This document shows positions 1 to 11,114 of a DNA stretch of 64,000 bases, piece after piece; the stretch's first letter is position 1; each line of letters begins with the position of its first letter. The DNA lies in the NCBI GenBank assembly GCA_963823665.1, contig CAWGMQ010000006.1, positions 1,216,001-1,280,000 of the forward strand. Reading direction: 5' to 3'. Source of the stretch: an uncultured Planctomycetota bacterium. Its GTDB lineage: Bacteria > Planctomycetota > Planctomycetia > Isosphaerales > Isosphaeraceae. Under the pieces are notes generated by a model. It searched no databases. It worked only from the letters and a program-made list of their open reading frames with translations, and was not told the DNA's origin. Both the position numbers and the translations under genes were made by a program.

Positions 1-360
1 TTCTCGGAGCAATTCAGTCGCTGTGGTGAGACGTTCTGTTACGTAAAGATCGATGGCACGCAGGGGGGACTCGGCGAGGACGGCCTGGCCGACAAGTGCG
101 AGATCGAGGATGCGCTGGACGCCGTCCTCAAGCCCGAAAAGCTCGGCTGTCAGATCGGCGGGGGCACCGGCCTGCGATATTCGTATATTGACCTCGCCCT
201 CACAGACGTGGACAAGGGAATCGAACGAGCCAGGCAACGACTACAGGCTGGCAACGTTCCCAAACGCTCGTGGATTCAGTTCCATGACAGCGAACTGGCC
301 GCGGAATGGGTGGGCGTTTATGACGACAGTCCGCCGCCGCCGCTTGAATTGGATTCGTAG
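1..360 (+). CDS. Partial hypothetical protein (C-terminal 119 aa; 5' end outside the window)
   Basis: Frame +1 is open from base 1 to TAG at 358-360 (FSEQFSRCGETFCYVKIDG...GGGTGLRYSYIDLAL...WVGVY). Not in the ORF track. Confidence 0.7.
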   Translation, partial: FSEQFSRCGETFCYVKIDGTQGGLGEDGLADKCEIEDALDAVLKPEKLGCQIGGGTGLRYSYIDLALTDVDKGIERARQRLQAGNVPKRSWIQFHDSELAAEWVGVYDDSPPPPLELDS

Positions 361-481
361 CGTGCGCTCTTGGTGGAAGTACGGAATTCGATCGGCGATC
401 GCAGGTCAAAGCATTCGGTAGTTCCGCGAATGGCGGTACAATGACCAGAAGACGAGGAAAGCGATTTACGTGAGGCGACTG

Positions 482-946
482 ATGAATTCCATTATCGACC
501 AGCTCCCGCCCGAGATTGCCCGACAACTTCACCCCGATCGTCGTAAGAACGAAGTGGATTACTGGACTATCCGTGACGAGCTCCTTGATCAGTACCGAGG
601 CCAGTGGATCGGCTTCGCCGATGGTCGGGTCATTGCCTCGGGCAAAAGCCCGGTGAGCGTGTTTCACGAGGGCGAGGCGACCGGATTGCATCCTTTCTTC
701 ATTTGCGTTGGCAACGAAGAGGAACCCTGCCGAATTCGTCGCGCCACCTTTTCGTACGATGCCGCTTACCCCAGTGAAGCGCTGCCGGTAACGAGCGTTG
801 AGTTCCGGAAGTTCAGCGGATCTTCCGGGGTCAACCTGGATCAAGTTATTCCCGACACAGGCGCGGATGCGAGCGTGCTGCCCTGGAATGATTGTCAGCT
901 CCTTCAACTCAGCCCGAGTTCGGATGTGCAGGGGCTGATCAAATGA
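482..946 (+). CDS. DUF5678-like domain fused to a clan AA (retropepsin-like) aspartyl protease, apparently C-terminally truncated
   Basis: YRGQWIGFADGRVIASG resembles DUF5678. IPDTGADASVLP is the retropepsin DTG motif. The usual downstream LGRD motif is absent, and the stop overlaps the next ATG (ATGA). Confidence 0.6.
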   Translation: MNSIIDQLPPEIARQLHPDRRKNEVDYWTIRDELLDQYRGQWIGFADGRVIASGKSPVSVFHEGEATGLHPFFICVGNEEEPCRIRRATFSYDAAYPSEALPVTSVEFRKFSGSSGVNLDQVIPDTGADASVLPWNDCQLLQLSPSSDVQGLIK

Positions 947-2040
947 GAATCTCGCAGGCTGGCTCTGCCCTTGCCGTCCTCGGCGTGTGGTTCTTCTGTT
1001 CTGCGGCGGCAGAGGCTCTCGATGCGACCGGCAGAGTGACGACGGTTGCCCTTCCCGGCGGGGGTAAGCCGGTCGCGGCCAGGATTGACAGGACCGGGGG
1101 GATTCACGTTCTCTTCGACTCGGCTGATGGACCGACGTATGTGAAGTCGACTGATCAGGGCCGCACATTCGGCCCTGCCATCTCCGTGGTTTCGGGCGGG
1201 TCGCAGCCGGCCGGGCTCGCGTTTTCCGGGTGGGACCTGGCCGTCGGCAAGGCGGGCCGGGTGCACGTCGCGATGGCGACGAATGCGTGGAAGCTCAAGC
1301 TCCCGCAATCAGAATGGGGGTTCTTCTACGCAAACCTTGACCCGGGCGGTGCCGCCTTTTCACCAGTGCGGAACATCAACAAGAAACCGAGCGAGGGGTT
1401 TTCCCTGGCGGCCGATGACGAGGGCAATGTCACGGCGTGCTGGCTCTCGGGCAAGCTTTACGCCAGCATCTCGGACGACGGCGGCGAGACATTTGCACCC
1501 TATTGGCAAATCGATAGCTCTTACGACCCGTGCAACTGCTGCACGACGAGCGCCGCGTACGGCGCGGACGGGCGGCTGGCCGTCCTCTACCGCGAGGAAA
1601 CCGGCAACATGCGTGACATGTATCTCATTTTATGGGACCAGCGAACCGGCCGGAAGGAGCGGAAGCGGGTGGGTCGCACCCCGTGGCGGATCGACGCATG
1701 CCCCATGACCTATTACAGGGTCGTGCCCGACGGACGTGGGTTCGTGGCGGCCTGGCCCACACTCGGGCACGTCTATTTCGCCCGCGTCGACGGACGGGGT
1801 GAGCCGGCGGGGCGCTCTGAGGTCAAAACACCTGGCAGGTCGGGGATACGGACCGGCGTGCTCGCCTTGACCGCCCCGGACGGAACCACACTTGTGGCCT
1901 GGAACAATGATGGCCAGATTGGCTGGCAGCTCTATGACACCGAGCTAGAGCCCTTGGGGGCAGCGGGCTCCGTGACTTGTTCCGGCACCGGCGTTGCCGG
2001 TGTGGTGGGCGCGGACGGGCGATTCGTCCTCTTCCGGTAG
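943..2040 (+). CDS. Secreted BNR/Asp-box (sialidase-like beta-propeller) protein
   Basis: Signal peptide MRISQ...AAAEA, Asp-boxes STDQGRTF and SDDGGETF, and PCNCC and WRIDACP motifs. Confidence 0.75.
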   Translation: MRISQAGSALAVLGVWFFCSAAAEALDATGRVTTVALPGGGKPVAARIDRTGGIHVLFDSADGPTYVKSTDQGRTFGPAISVVSGGSQPAGLAFSGWDLAVGKAGRVHVAMATNAWKLKLPQSEWGFFYANLDPGGAAFSPVRNINKKPSEGFSLAADDEGNVTACWLSGKLYASISDDGGETFAPYWQIDSSYDPCNCCTTSAAYGADGRLAVLYREETGNMRDMYLILWDQRTGRKERKRVGRTPWRIDACPMTYYRVVPDGRGFVAAWPTLGHVYFARVDGRGEPAGRSEVKTPGRSGIRTGVLALTAPDGTTLVAWNNDGQIGWQLYDTELEPLGAAGSVTCSGTGVAGVVGADGRFVLFR

Positions 2041-2127
2041 TCGTGATCAGCGGGGGCAAGACTCCCCGAGCTCGACCGGGCGCCCGGGCGAGGGAATGAT
2101 CGATCGCACACCCAACCGAGACGATTC

Positions 2128-2932
2128 ATGAAGATCGCACTGGCATCTCCTCGCGTCGCCTTGTCACTCGATGACGGCCTGGAAAAGGTCAAACGGTTCC
2201 TGGCCGAAGCGAGCGCGCAAGGCGCCGAGATCGTGTGCTTTCCTGAGGCTTATCTCCCAGGCTTGCGGGGAGTGGGCATTGACGTGCTTCTTTTTGGTCC
2301 ACCGGAGCACACGCGCAGTTCTCGATTTCGTCGGGCGGTGTGCGCGAGAATATAGGGTAGCAGCCATCCTGGGCACGGAGAGACTGACGGACGCGGGGCG
2401 GCAGATTGCCGCTTATGTCTTTGACACGCAGGGCCTGGTTCAGGGGTATCAAACCAAGAACCAGGTCGCTCCGTCGGAAGATCCGTACTATGTTCCCGGA
2501 AACACCCGGCGGCTCTTTGAAGTGAACGGCGTCAAGTTTGGTGTGGCGATTTGCCACGAGGGCTGGCGCTATCCGGAGACCGTGCGCTGGGCAGCCGTGC
2601 GAGGCGCCAGAATCGTGTTTCATCCCCAGCACACGGGTAGCGATCAAGACGGAGTGCTTCTCACGCAGTGGGGTGCCGTTGACTCGCCGTATTATGAGAA
2701 GGCGATGATGTGTCGCGGGCTGGAAAACACGATCTATTTCGCGAGCGTCAATTACGCGCTGCGGTATCAGGAATCGGCGACGAGCCTGATTGATCCGCAG
2801 GGGCGGTGCCAGGCGCATTTGCCTTATGGGCAGGAAGGTTTGCTGGTGCAGGCGATCAATGTCGACGAAGCAACCGGGTTGCTGGCCAATCGATATGCGC
2901 CGAAGCGGTACCAGGAATTCAGGGCGGAATGA
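2128..2932 (+). CDS. Carbon-nitrogen hydrolase (nitrilase superfamily), frameshifted near 2310
   Basis: ORF 2128 carries IVCFPE (catalytic Glu) and ORF 2171 carries YQTK (Lys) and AICHE (Cys). The two join with one frameshift. Confidence 0.85.
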
Positions 2933-3026
2933 ACGACTAAGGCAGTTCGTGGCCGAGAACCGTCGCGCCGCCCCTCTCCGCGCCGGGTTACGTCGCAGGA
3001 GGTGGAACCGGCTTCCGTTTGAGCGA

Positions 3027-5367
3027 CTATGGACTCTCTTCCCTCGAGGCACGAAGCAGCAGCGGCTTCTCCCACGCGACTTCGAGCTTGCCCACGGGAT
3101 CCAGTCCTTGCGGGACTCCGCCTTGATCAAAGCTGTACCGGTACTTGAGCGGAACGCCGGCCGGTATCGTCATCGTGAACGCGCCGTCAGCGTTGGTCGT
3201 CGTCCCAGCGTACTGGCGTTTCCCCGTGGCCGCATCGGCATAAATCGAAGCGTTCGCGATCGGCTGCCTCGCGGCATCGATCACGCGTCCCTGGACCGTG
3301 ACGCCGCGCACGACCTCGATCGGCGGCAGCTCGAACGATTCGAGGCCCGCGGGTACGCGGTGCCGATTGGCCAGGGGATCGTCGCCGAGCTGTATCCAGG
3401 AGCCTTGCGCGGAGGTTACCTGCATCGTCACGTCGCCGGGAAGTGTGCGGAGTTCGAAATCGTCCCTGCGAGTCGGTCACCACGGTCTTGCCCTCCTTCG
3501 GTGCGCCATTGCCGATCAGGATCTGAACCCCAGCGACCGGGTCACTAGTCTCACGGGAGCGAATCGCGCCGCGCACGCGGACGGTTTTCTCCAGACGGAT
3601 GTCGACGCGAGCGATCGCGTCGGCCTGGATCTGGACATCAGGGATGCGCGGCAGGATCGGCAGCGCCGGATCCACCGTGAAGTCGAACTGGGCGTGACCC
3701 ACGGCGATCGCGGGGACCAGAAAAAGGCCGTCGGCCCGTGAGACAACCTCGGCGGTCCCCTCAGTGGCACGCCGGAGAATGTCGGCGGTGGTCGTGACGG
3801 ACAGCTTCACTCCTCGTGTCCATTCGGGTCGATCGGCGACGATGCGGCCCATGATGCGTCCTGTGGACCGGAGCTGAATCGTGCGCTGTGGCTGGCTATT
3901 CCGAGGCTCGTCGAACCACAAGCGTTGCATGCCCAGAGCACCGGTCGTAATCTGGACCGAACGGAAGGCCTCGTGCGGCAAGGCCGTCAACCGGGCGCGG
4001 CCGTCGGCACCGGTAACGGCCTGAACGATCGGCATAATGAACCTGGGAGGAGGGCTGTAGGTGATCACCGGGGTCTTGATCCCGCCGGGCTCGACGGTAG
4101 CACCCGCGACCGGTTTGCCTGCTGGATCAAGGACCAGGAATTCGGTGTCCGTTAGCGGACCGAGGGTCAGCTCGACGGACTGCGCCTGGCCAGTGAGGGC
4201 CGGCCAGGCGTTGGCCGTTGCGATCTGGTGGCCCGGGGCATGGGCCCACACGAGCCCCATCTTTTGATCCGCCGGCTGTCGACGCCCGACTTCGGGCACA
4301 CGCATCAAAAGACGGCCTTGAAGATCGGTGTTTCCCTGGCCCATCTTGTCGGCCGTGTCGAAGAGGGCCACTTGCATCCAGACCTGGGCGCCCGAAATGG
4401 GGCGGCCTCGGTTATCGACGACATGGAAGGCAACCGTGTCGACTGGATTGCCGGTTTCTTGAACGGCGGCGGGCAGTGCGAAGTAGGTCAGGGTGAGGAC
4501 CATAGTCAAGGCTGCCGCCAGGCCGGCTGCCTTACGCAGCGCGTTCCACGACAGCGTCTTCAAGATGCCTTGAGCAAGCCCGAGGGCGGATGCCGAGAGA
4601 CCGGGCGTTCTGGCGGCCGCGAGCTGGAACGCGGCGTGCGCGGTGGATTCCGACAGCCCTGGGAGCAACATTCCGTTGGCGGCGTCAGCCGGGTGCGCAC
4701 GTGCAGCGGGCCGGGCAGCCAGCAGCGAGTGTTCCGGCGCCAGGCCGCGCTGGGCCAGCCGTATGCGCAGTTTCGCTTTGCCGCGCTGGAGTCGGGTTTG
4801 CAGCGTCCGCAGCCGGCAGCGGAGGATTCGCGCCGCCTGTTCATGACTCAAGCCCTCGAGGTAGCACAGCACGATCGGCGCACGATACCGCTCGCCCAGC
4901 CGTGCGACCTCTTCATGCAGCTCGGGAATTGGCTCCGCAGCGTCCAGCCGGTTCTGCATGGCTTCCTCGCGGGATTGCTCGGCCGCCACACGCTCGAGCG
5001 TGCGGCGACGCCTCGCTTCGGTGCGCAATCGCGCCACGACACGAGCGGCGACTCCGTAGAGCCAGCTCGCAACCGCCGTGCGATCGCGGATCGAGCCCGC
5101 GCGGCGGGCCAGCACCAGGAACGTCGCCTGGAACGCGTCGTCCGCATCATGGCGGTTGTTGAGCAGCGACCGGCAGAGCCGCTGCACCATCGGGCCGTGC
5201 CGCTTTACCAGCACCTCGAACGCCGCCTCGGCGTCGGCGCGATCGCCGTCGCGAACAGGAGCCACGAACCGGTCGAGGAGCTGCCGGTCCGTCAAGCCGC
5301 ACAGCGAGCCAGCCTGGAACAGTGTGCGAATATCCTTCCAGCCTGCGCTTGAAGATCTGAGTTCCAT
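3027..5367 (-). CDS. ECF sigma-70 factor with TM helix and C-terminal carboxypeptidase-regulatory-like (Ig-like) repeats, frameshifted near 3450
   Basis: Sigma2 DADDAFQATFLVLARRAGSI..SWL, sigma4 YLEGLSHEQAA, a TM segment, then GRVID..QPIANASI-type repeats continuing in ORF 3027..3431. Confidence 0.85.
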
Positions 5368-5450
5368 GTGCCGAACGCTCCATCGGTCTGAATCCTGGCC
5401 CGTCGCAACTGAGCACTGAGTGATAGTGCCGGCTGGGTCATGATACTACG

Positions 5451-5675
5451 TCAATTTCGCTCGAGCACCAGGTGCGAATTGCTGCGGGGTCGCTCGTGCT
5501 GCTGGGTGTATTGCTTGGGTGGTTTGTCCACCCGGCGTTCTTCGGGCTGTCCGCTTTTGTCGGAGCGGGCCTGGTGTTCGCTGGGATCACGGACACCTGC
5601 GGGATGGGCATGATACTCGCCCGAATGCCGTGGAATCGGCGCAGTCGAGCCGCGAATTCGTGTTCCAGCGGCTAA
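5451..5675 (+). pseudogene. Remnant of a rhodanese-DUF2892 (YgaP-like) gene; only the membrane domain remains
   Basis: SISLEHQVRIAAGSLVLLG...GITDTCGMGMILARMPWN is typical DUF2892. No rhodanese domain or good start lies upstream. Confidence 0.7.
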
Positions 5676-5711
5676 TTGCTACCGGGTCCGGCGAAAGATG
5701 GAGTTTCGATC

Positions 5712-5816
5712 ATGAAATTGCTCGTTGTCGGCGGCGTGGCTGGTGGAGCGTCGTCGGCCGCTCGTGCTCGGCGGCTGTGCGAAGACGCGGAGCGGTCAAT
5801 CGGCCGCAGAGCTTGA
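5712..5816 (+). pseudogene. 34-codon relic of a CoA-disulfide reductase-like FAD oxidoreductase N-terminus
   Basis: A GGAG RBS precedes MKLLVVGGVAGGASSAARARRLCEDAE, the canonical CoADR/Npsr start, followed by an early stop. Confidence 0.75.
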
Positions 5817-5938
5817 GCCTGATTCTCGCCGGTGAGCCGCTCTGATATGCTGTCGAGATGTGGCTGTTGTGTGCTCCACGGTGAGGGACGCGACGGACGG
5901 AATTGCCGCGAGTAAAGGCAAGCAGTCGGAGCTCGTCC

Positions 5939-8900
5939 ATGTTGCCGAGTCTTTTCATCTCGCACGCCACAGCAGATGATGCGTTCGTTCGCGAGCTTCA
6001 GAGGACGCTCGCGGATCACGGAGTGGCCGCTTGGATCGATTCTCGCGAGTTGCTGCCCGGCGGGCTGCTGGAGCCCGATATCACGAAGGCGATTGGCGAG
6101 GCGGGTGCCTTCGCTGTCGTGGTCAGTCCGGCGGCCTTGCAGTCCAGGTGGGTGGGCAAGGAACTGCTCTACGCCATCGAGTTGCAAAAGGAGCGCGGCA
6201 GAGAGAACTTTCCTATCATCCCGCTGTCACTCGATGGTACGAGGCTCGGCGTGCTCGAGCAGTTTTTCGGGACAGAGCCGACGTACATACCGGTTGCTAC
6301 GGCTGCTGGCGGTGCCGAGGCGGCTGTACATCCGATTCTCGTCGGGATGGGAATGAGAAAGCCCGCCGATGCGCCTCGCGGCCCGCAACCCGTGGCGAAT
6401 CTGCTCGAGGACCTCGTTCTCGAGCTTTCGAACTTGCGGTTTGATGAATCGGATGGCCTGAGGCGCGCCTCGGCGGATGCGCGGCTCGTTTACGAGCCGG
6501 CGGCGCCGGGTCAGCCTCAGGTACGCAGCGCAGAGCGCTGGCGATTCGTGGCTCCGATCGGGCCGATTGAGGCGGAGGAGCTGCGGTGGTATCTGGAAAA
6601 GTTCGCGATCTGGCCGAGTGATTACTTTCGAGACCGTGCGCGAAAGGTCGAGGAAAACTTCGCGAAATGGGGCCAGCTCCTGCACGCCGCCGCTCTGCCC
6701 GCGGGTCAGACCCGGAACGTGATGAACGCGTGGAGTCGGATCGACGGGCGGGCCGACCGCCGATTTTCCGTCCTCGTTGATGTGGCACCCGAGCCCGGTG
6801 CGGCGGCAGCGGAGATTGAAGCCGCGCGCGAGGCGGCCACTGTCCTGCTTGGCCTCCCGTGGGAGTTGCTTCACGATGGGGAGGGTTTTCTGTTCCAAGG
6901 GGGCAAGCCCACGCGGGTGCGCCGGCACTTGCCAAACACGCGCGATGATCTCAGTATTCCCGTGGTCGCCCCGCCCATCCGCATCCTGCTCGTGACCGCG
7001 CGCCCGGAAGACGAAGCCTGCGGCTATATCGATCATCGCGCGAGTGCGCTGCCGCTTGTCGAGGCGATGGAGGCACTCGGCGGCCTTGTGAACATCCACG
7101 TGCTGAGCCCGCCCACGCTGCCCGCGCTGCGCGAGGAGCTCGACCGCGCGCGTCGCGAATCCGAGCCCTATCACGTCGTCCACTTCGATGGACATGGCGT
7201 CTTTGACCGCCGTGCCGGCTTGGGCGGGCTTTGCTTTGAGGATCCGCAGGATGCGGGCAAGCTCGAGAACCGCCGCCACTCGACCGTTTTCACGGGCGAG
7301 CTCGGTCCGCTGCTCCGCGATTACCGGATTCCGCTTGTATTCCTCGAAGCCTGTCAGACGGCTACGGCCGAGAAGGCATCGGAATCGGTGGCTTCGGAGC
7401 TGCTGAAGGTCGGCGTGGCCTCGGTGGTGGCCATGAGCCACAGCGTGCTCGTCGAGACGGCGCGGCGGTTTGTCGAGGCCTTTTATGCCGCGCTCGCGCG
7501 CGGTGCTCGCGTGGGCGATGCGATGCTCGAAGGCCAGCGCAAACTCAACGACGACAAATCCCGTGGCCGTGTTTTCGGCGTGGGGGAGCTGAAGCTACAT
7601 GATTGGTTCGTGCCCGTGCTGTTCCAGGAGAGGGATGATCCGCAGCTCTTCAAGGCCACCCCCGCGCCGCAAACGCAGGCGGACATGAGAACCTCGCTCC
7701 AAAAGCGTTTCGGCGCGTTGCCGGATGCGCCGGAGACGACTTTCATTGGCCGCAGCCGAGAGCTTCTCTCGCTCGAGCGGCTGTTGCGCCATGACCGCTA
7801 TGCTGTGGTGCGCGGTCAGGGTGGCGAGGGCAAGACCACGCTTTCCGCCGAATTCGCCCGGTGGATGGTTCGCTCGCACCAGGTTCGCCGTGCGGTGTTT
7901 GTCTCCGTCGAGACGCACAGCAACGTCGCCGCCGTGCTCGACGCCATCGGCGGGCAGCTCGTGCCCGGTTATTCCGTCGCCGCCTTCGCCGATTTGGAGA
8001 AGGCGATTCAACCGATTGAGCAGGTCCTCAGCGAGCAATCGACGTTGCTCGTGGTGGACAACATGGAGAGCATCCTGCTGCCACCCTACGTGGAGACGCC
8101 CGAGGCGCTCTCGGAAGACGCAGCCCGGGAGCTGAAGGCGATCCTGGCCGTGTGCGAGCGCCTGCGGAACGTGGGCCAAACGCGCGTCGTTTTCACCAGC
8201 CGCGAAGCGCTCCCGTCACCGTTCGATTCGCGGCGCAATCGCCGCGAGCTGCATCAGCTTGCTCGCGACGACGCCGTAAAGCTCGTTGAGCGTGTGTTGA
8301 ACGTGGACGGCAGTGGCGGCCCGGGTGCAACGCTCGACGCCGCGCGCGAGTCCATCGAGGCGCTCGTTGATGCCGTCCATGGCCACGCCCGCACGCTCGC
8401 GCTGCTGGCCCCGTCTTTGCGAAGCCAGGGCGTCGATGCGACTCGCGGAGCGCTCGTGGAGCTGATGGATGCGATGAACAAGCGGTTCCCCGGCAGCCGG
8501 GAGCACTCACTCTTCGCCAGCGTGGAGCTCTCCCTCCGCCGCATGTCCTCCACGAACCGGGACAGGGCGCGCGTGCTCGAGGTGTTCCACGGCGGGGTGG
8601 ATCTGGATATGCTCCGCACAATGATGCAGTGGGAAGAGGACGACGTGGCTTCGCTAGCCAGCGAGTTGATCGAGACGGGCCTGGCGACGCCCGATCCGTA
8701 CAACCATGTCACGCTCAATCCCGCGCTCTGCCCCTACCTGCGCGGGAAGCTGGACTCCGCGGAACGCGAGACACTGACCGCCCGCTGGGGCGAGGCGATG
8801 GGCGCGTATGTTCGGTTCCTCGTGCGGGAGCACGACAAGAACGCCGAACTCGCAGCGACGCTCACGGCGCTGGAGTTGCCGAACCTCTTCGCGTTGCTTG

Positions 8901-10318
8901 AAGAGGTACAGCGCGCGGGGGATGCAGAGGCGACGATCGATCTGGCCGCTTCGCTGTACCGCTTGTTGCAGCCGGCCGGCAAGCCGCGCTTGCTCGAACG
9001 TGTGGGCCAGGTGCGCGATGCCGCAGCGGCTGCGCTGGGTGAGACGTGGAATCACGCGCGGTTTCAGGCACAGCGGACCCGGATCGAGCAGCAGCTTGAC
9101 GGTGGGCGCTTGCGCGAGGCATTCGACGGCGCGCAGCAGTTGCTCCAGCGCACCCGGGTGGCAGGTGAGCAGGCGTATCCCGATGCCGACTACGATTTGG
9201 CGATGGCCTGCTGGCTCCTGGCCCGGGTTTTGGAGATCGCCGGTGGACCGGAACAGTCCTTGCCACTTCTGGACGAGGCGCGGAATCGTTTCGAAGCCGT
9301 TGAGCGGGACCGGCCCCGTCGGGGCGCCGAGAGGATGGCATCCGTCTGCTTGCTGGACCGAGGCGGGTGTCTACTCGTTTTGGGCCGGCTCGACGAGGCA
9401 GCAGCCGCTTACGAAGAGAGCATCCGCCGCGCGGAGAAACGGGAGGACAACCGGCAGGTCGCCGTCGGAAAAGGGGAGCTTGGGACCGTCCGCATGTTGC
9501 AGCGCCACTACCCAGACGCGCTGAAGGCGCACGAAGAAGCACGCGACCTGTTTACGCGGCTGGACGAACCGGGCACCGTCGCTGTGAGCTGGCATCAGAC
9601 CGGCATGGTGTATCAGGCGGCGGGACAGCCGGAAGCGGCGGAGGATGCCTACAGGAAATCGCTCGCGATCAAGGTGCGGCTCGGCAATAATCTCGGACAG
9701 GCGGGCACACTCAGTGAACTCGGCAATTTGTATCACGGTCCGCTCGACCGCCCGGAGGAAGCAGTCGCCTTCTTCCGGCGAGCCGTGGACAAGTCCGGCG
9801 ACCGGGCGCAGGAGGGCAGATTTAGGAACAACCTCGCAGACACGCTGCGTAAGCTCCGTCGCTTCGACGAAGCGCGGCAGGAAATCCTGCGGGCGATCGA
9901 ATGCAAGGCGCCGTTCGGCCATGCTTCGGAGCCGTGGAAGAGTTGGGGCATCCTCGCCAATATTGAGACGGCCGCTGGAAACCCCACCGCCGCCGCAGAC
10001 GCGAAGCGCAAGGCCATCAATTGCTACCTCGCCTACCGCCGCGACGGCGGCGAGAATCACTACTTCGATGGCCGCATCTGCCTCGCCGTGACCGGGCCCC
10101 TCCTTGCCGGCGACCCGGTTGCCGCCACGTCGCTTCTCGCAGAACTGGCCGTCGACCCCGACTTGCCGAATCACTTCCGCACGTTCATCCAAGCCCTCCA
10201 AGCCATCGTCGCCGGCAGCCGCGACCGCACCCTCGCCGACGCCCCGGATTTGAGCTACACGATGGCCGCCGAAATCCTGTTCCTGCTCGAAACGCTGGAA
10301 AGGCCGCTGTCGCGCTGA
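5939..10318 (+). CDS. TIR-CHAT(caspase-like)-STAND/NB-ARC-like ATPase-TPR protein (NLR-like), 1459 aa
   Basis: TIR: LFISHA...SRWVGKEL. CHAT: HFDGHG and LEACQT. Walker A GQGGEGKTT, Walker B LLVVDNME, then multiple TPR repeats. Confidence 0.9.
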   Translation: MLPSLFISHATADDAFVRELQRTLADHGVAAWIDSRELLPGGLLEPDITKAIGEAGAFAVVVSPAALQSRWVGKELLYAIELQKERGRENFPIIPLSLDGTRLGVLEQFFGTEPTYIPVATAAGGAEAAVHPILVGMGMRKPADAPRGPQPVANLLEDLVLELSNLRFDESDGLRRASADARLVYEPAAPGQPQVRSAERWRFVAPIGPIEAEELRWYLEKFAIWPSDYFRDRARKVEENFAKWGQLLHAAALPAGQTRNVMNAWSRIDGRADRRFSVLVDVAPEPGAAAAEIEAAREAATVLLGLPWELLHDGEGFLFQGGKPTRVRRHLPNTRDDLSIPVVAPPIRILLVTARPEDEACGYIDHRASALPLVEAMEALGGLVNIHVLSPPTLPALREELDRARRESEPYHVVHFDGHGVFDRRAGLGGLCFEDPQDAGKLENRRHSTVFTGELGPLLRDYRIPLVFLEACQTATAEKASESVASELLKVGVASVVAMSHSVLVETARRFVEAFYAALARGARVGDAMLEGQRKLNDDKSRGRVFGVGELKLHDWFVPVLFQERDDPQLFKATPAPQTQADMRTSLQKRFGALPDAPETTFIGRSRELLSLERLLRHDRYAVVRGQGGEGKTTLSAEFARWMVRSHQVRRAVFVSVETHSNVAAVLDAIGGQLVPGYSVAAFADLEKAIQPIEQVLSEQSTLLVVDNMESILLPPYVETPEALSEDAARELKAILAVCERLRNVGQTRVVFTSREALPSPFDSRRNRRELHQLARDDAVKLVERVLNVDGSGGPGATLDAARESIEALVDAVHGHARTLALLAPSLRSQGVDATRGALVELMDAMNKRFPGSREHSLFASVELSLRRMSSTNRDRARVLEVFHGGVDLDMLRTMMQWEEDDVASLASELIETGLATPDPYNHVTLNPALCPYLRGKLDSAERETLTARWGEAMGAYVRFLVREHDKNAELAATLTALELPNLFALLEEVQRAGDAEATIDLAASLYRLLQPAGKPRLLERVGQVRDAAAAALGETWNHARFQAQRTRIEQQLDGGRLREAFDGAQQLLQRTRVAGEQAYPDADYDLAMACWLLARVLEIAGGPEQSLPLLDEARNRFEAVERDRPRRGAERMASVCLLDRGGCLLVLGRLDEAAAAYEESIRRAEKREDNRQVAVGKGELGTVRMLQRHYPDALKAHEEARDLFTRLDEPGTVAVSWHQTGMVYQAAGQPEAAEDAYRKSLAIKVRLGNNLGQAGTLSELGNLYHGPLDRPEEAVAFFRRAVDKSGDRAQEGRFRNNLADTLRKLRRFDEARQEILRAIECKAPFGHASEPWKSWGILANIETAAGNPTAAADAKRKAINCYLAYRRDGGENHYFDGRICLAVTGPLLAGDPVAATSLLAELAVDPDLPNHFRTFIQALQAIVAGSRDRTLADAPDLSYTMAAEILFLLETLERPLSR

Positions 10319-10485
10319 CGCCGAGTTCGGGACGATCAGCGGATAATCCGACCCACGCCGAGTACAGCAGATTCAGTCGGACTATCAGGATCGCTATAAT
10401 TCGGCGCGGTAGCATTCATGAGCTCGTTATGTTCCTGCTCTCCAGAATCGAATCGGGTTCTTCCACTCCTCGATCCCCCAACCCA

Positions 10486-11112
10486 TCAGTAGACGCCGCT
10501 AAGCTGGTTCAGCTCACGTAACTGGTGATGGGACAGGACCGGCGGGCGTTGCGCCCGGTTGCCGCTTGGCGGTCGTCGAGATTTCAGATCCGGGAGGTCG
10601 TCCGGGTATCCGAATGCGTCGAGGAATAACGCGTGAACATCAGCGTCATCCGGAAAATCAAGTTTGAGTGTTATCAGTCTCAGGTACTTTTTCCTCGTAT
10701 CGATGATTGGGGAGTCATTGAGGTGTAAGACATCGATGAGGTCGGCGCCATCCGCGTTCAGTGCCGAAATGATTCCATGGTCGCCAACGGACAGGCACTT
10801 CGCGAAAGGCACGCGAGTCGGATCGGGCAGTCGGAGTGTGCGTTTATTGGAGTTGCATCTCAGGCAGGCATAGACCAGATTATTGTAATCGCATATGCGT
10901 TCGGGGGCCATTAACTGAGGAATCACATGGTCGACCGAGAAGGCCGCCGAGCAAGTCGGATACCAGCGTTCACGCTCGAGACAATAGACACAACGAAAGG
11001 TAAACTCATCCCGTAACCATGGCTTGTAATTCTGATAGTCCACGTAGCCAGCGGGTGCGTGCCGTCGCTTGTGAGCCGACGCGAGATACGCGAGGGGACT
11101 GGACACCGTCAT
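10486..11112 (-). CDS. HNH endonuclease
   Basis: LRDEFTFRCVYC...VDHVIP...NLVYACLRCNSNK. Confidence 0.9.
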   Translation of the reverse strand: MTVSSPLAYLASAHKRRHAPAGYVDYQNYKPWLRDEFTFRCVYCLERERWYPTCSAAFSVDHVIPQLMAPERICDYNNLVYACLRCNSNKRTLRLPDPTRVPFAKCLSVGDHGIISALNADGADLIDVLHLNDSPIIDTRKKYLRLITLKLDFPDDADVHALFLDAFGYPDDLPDLKSRRPPSGNRAQRPPVLSHHQLRELNQLSGVY

Positions 11113-11114
11113 GG

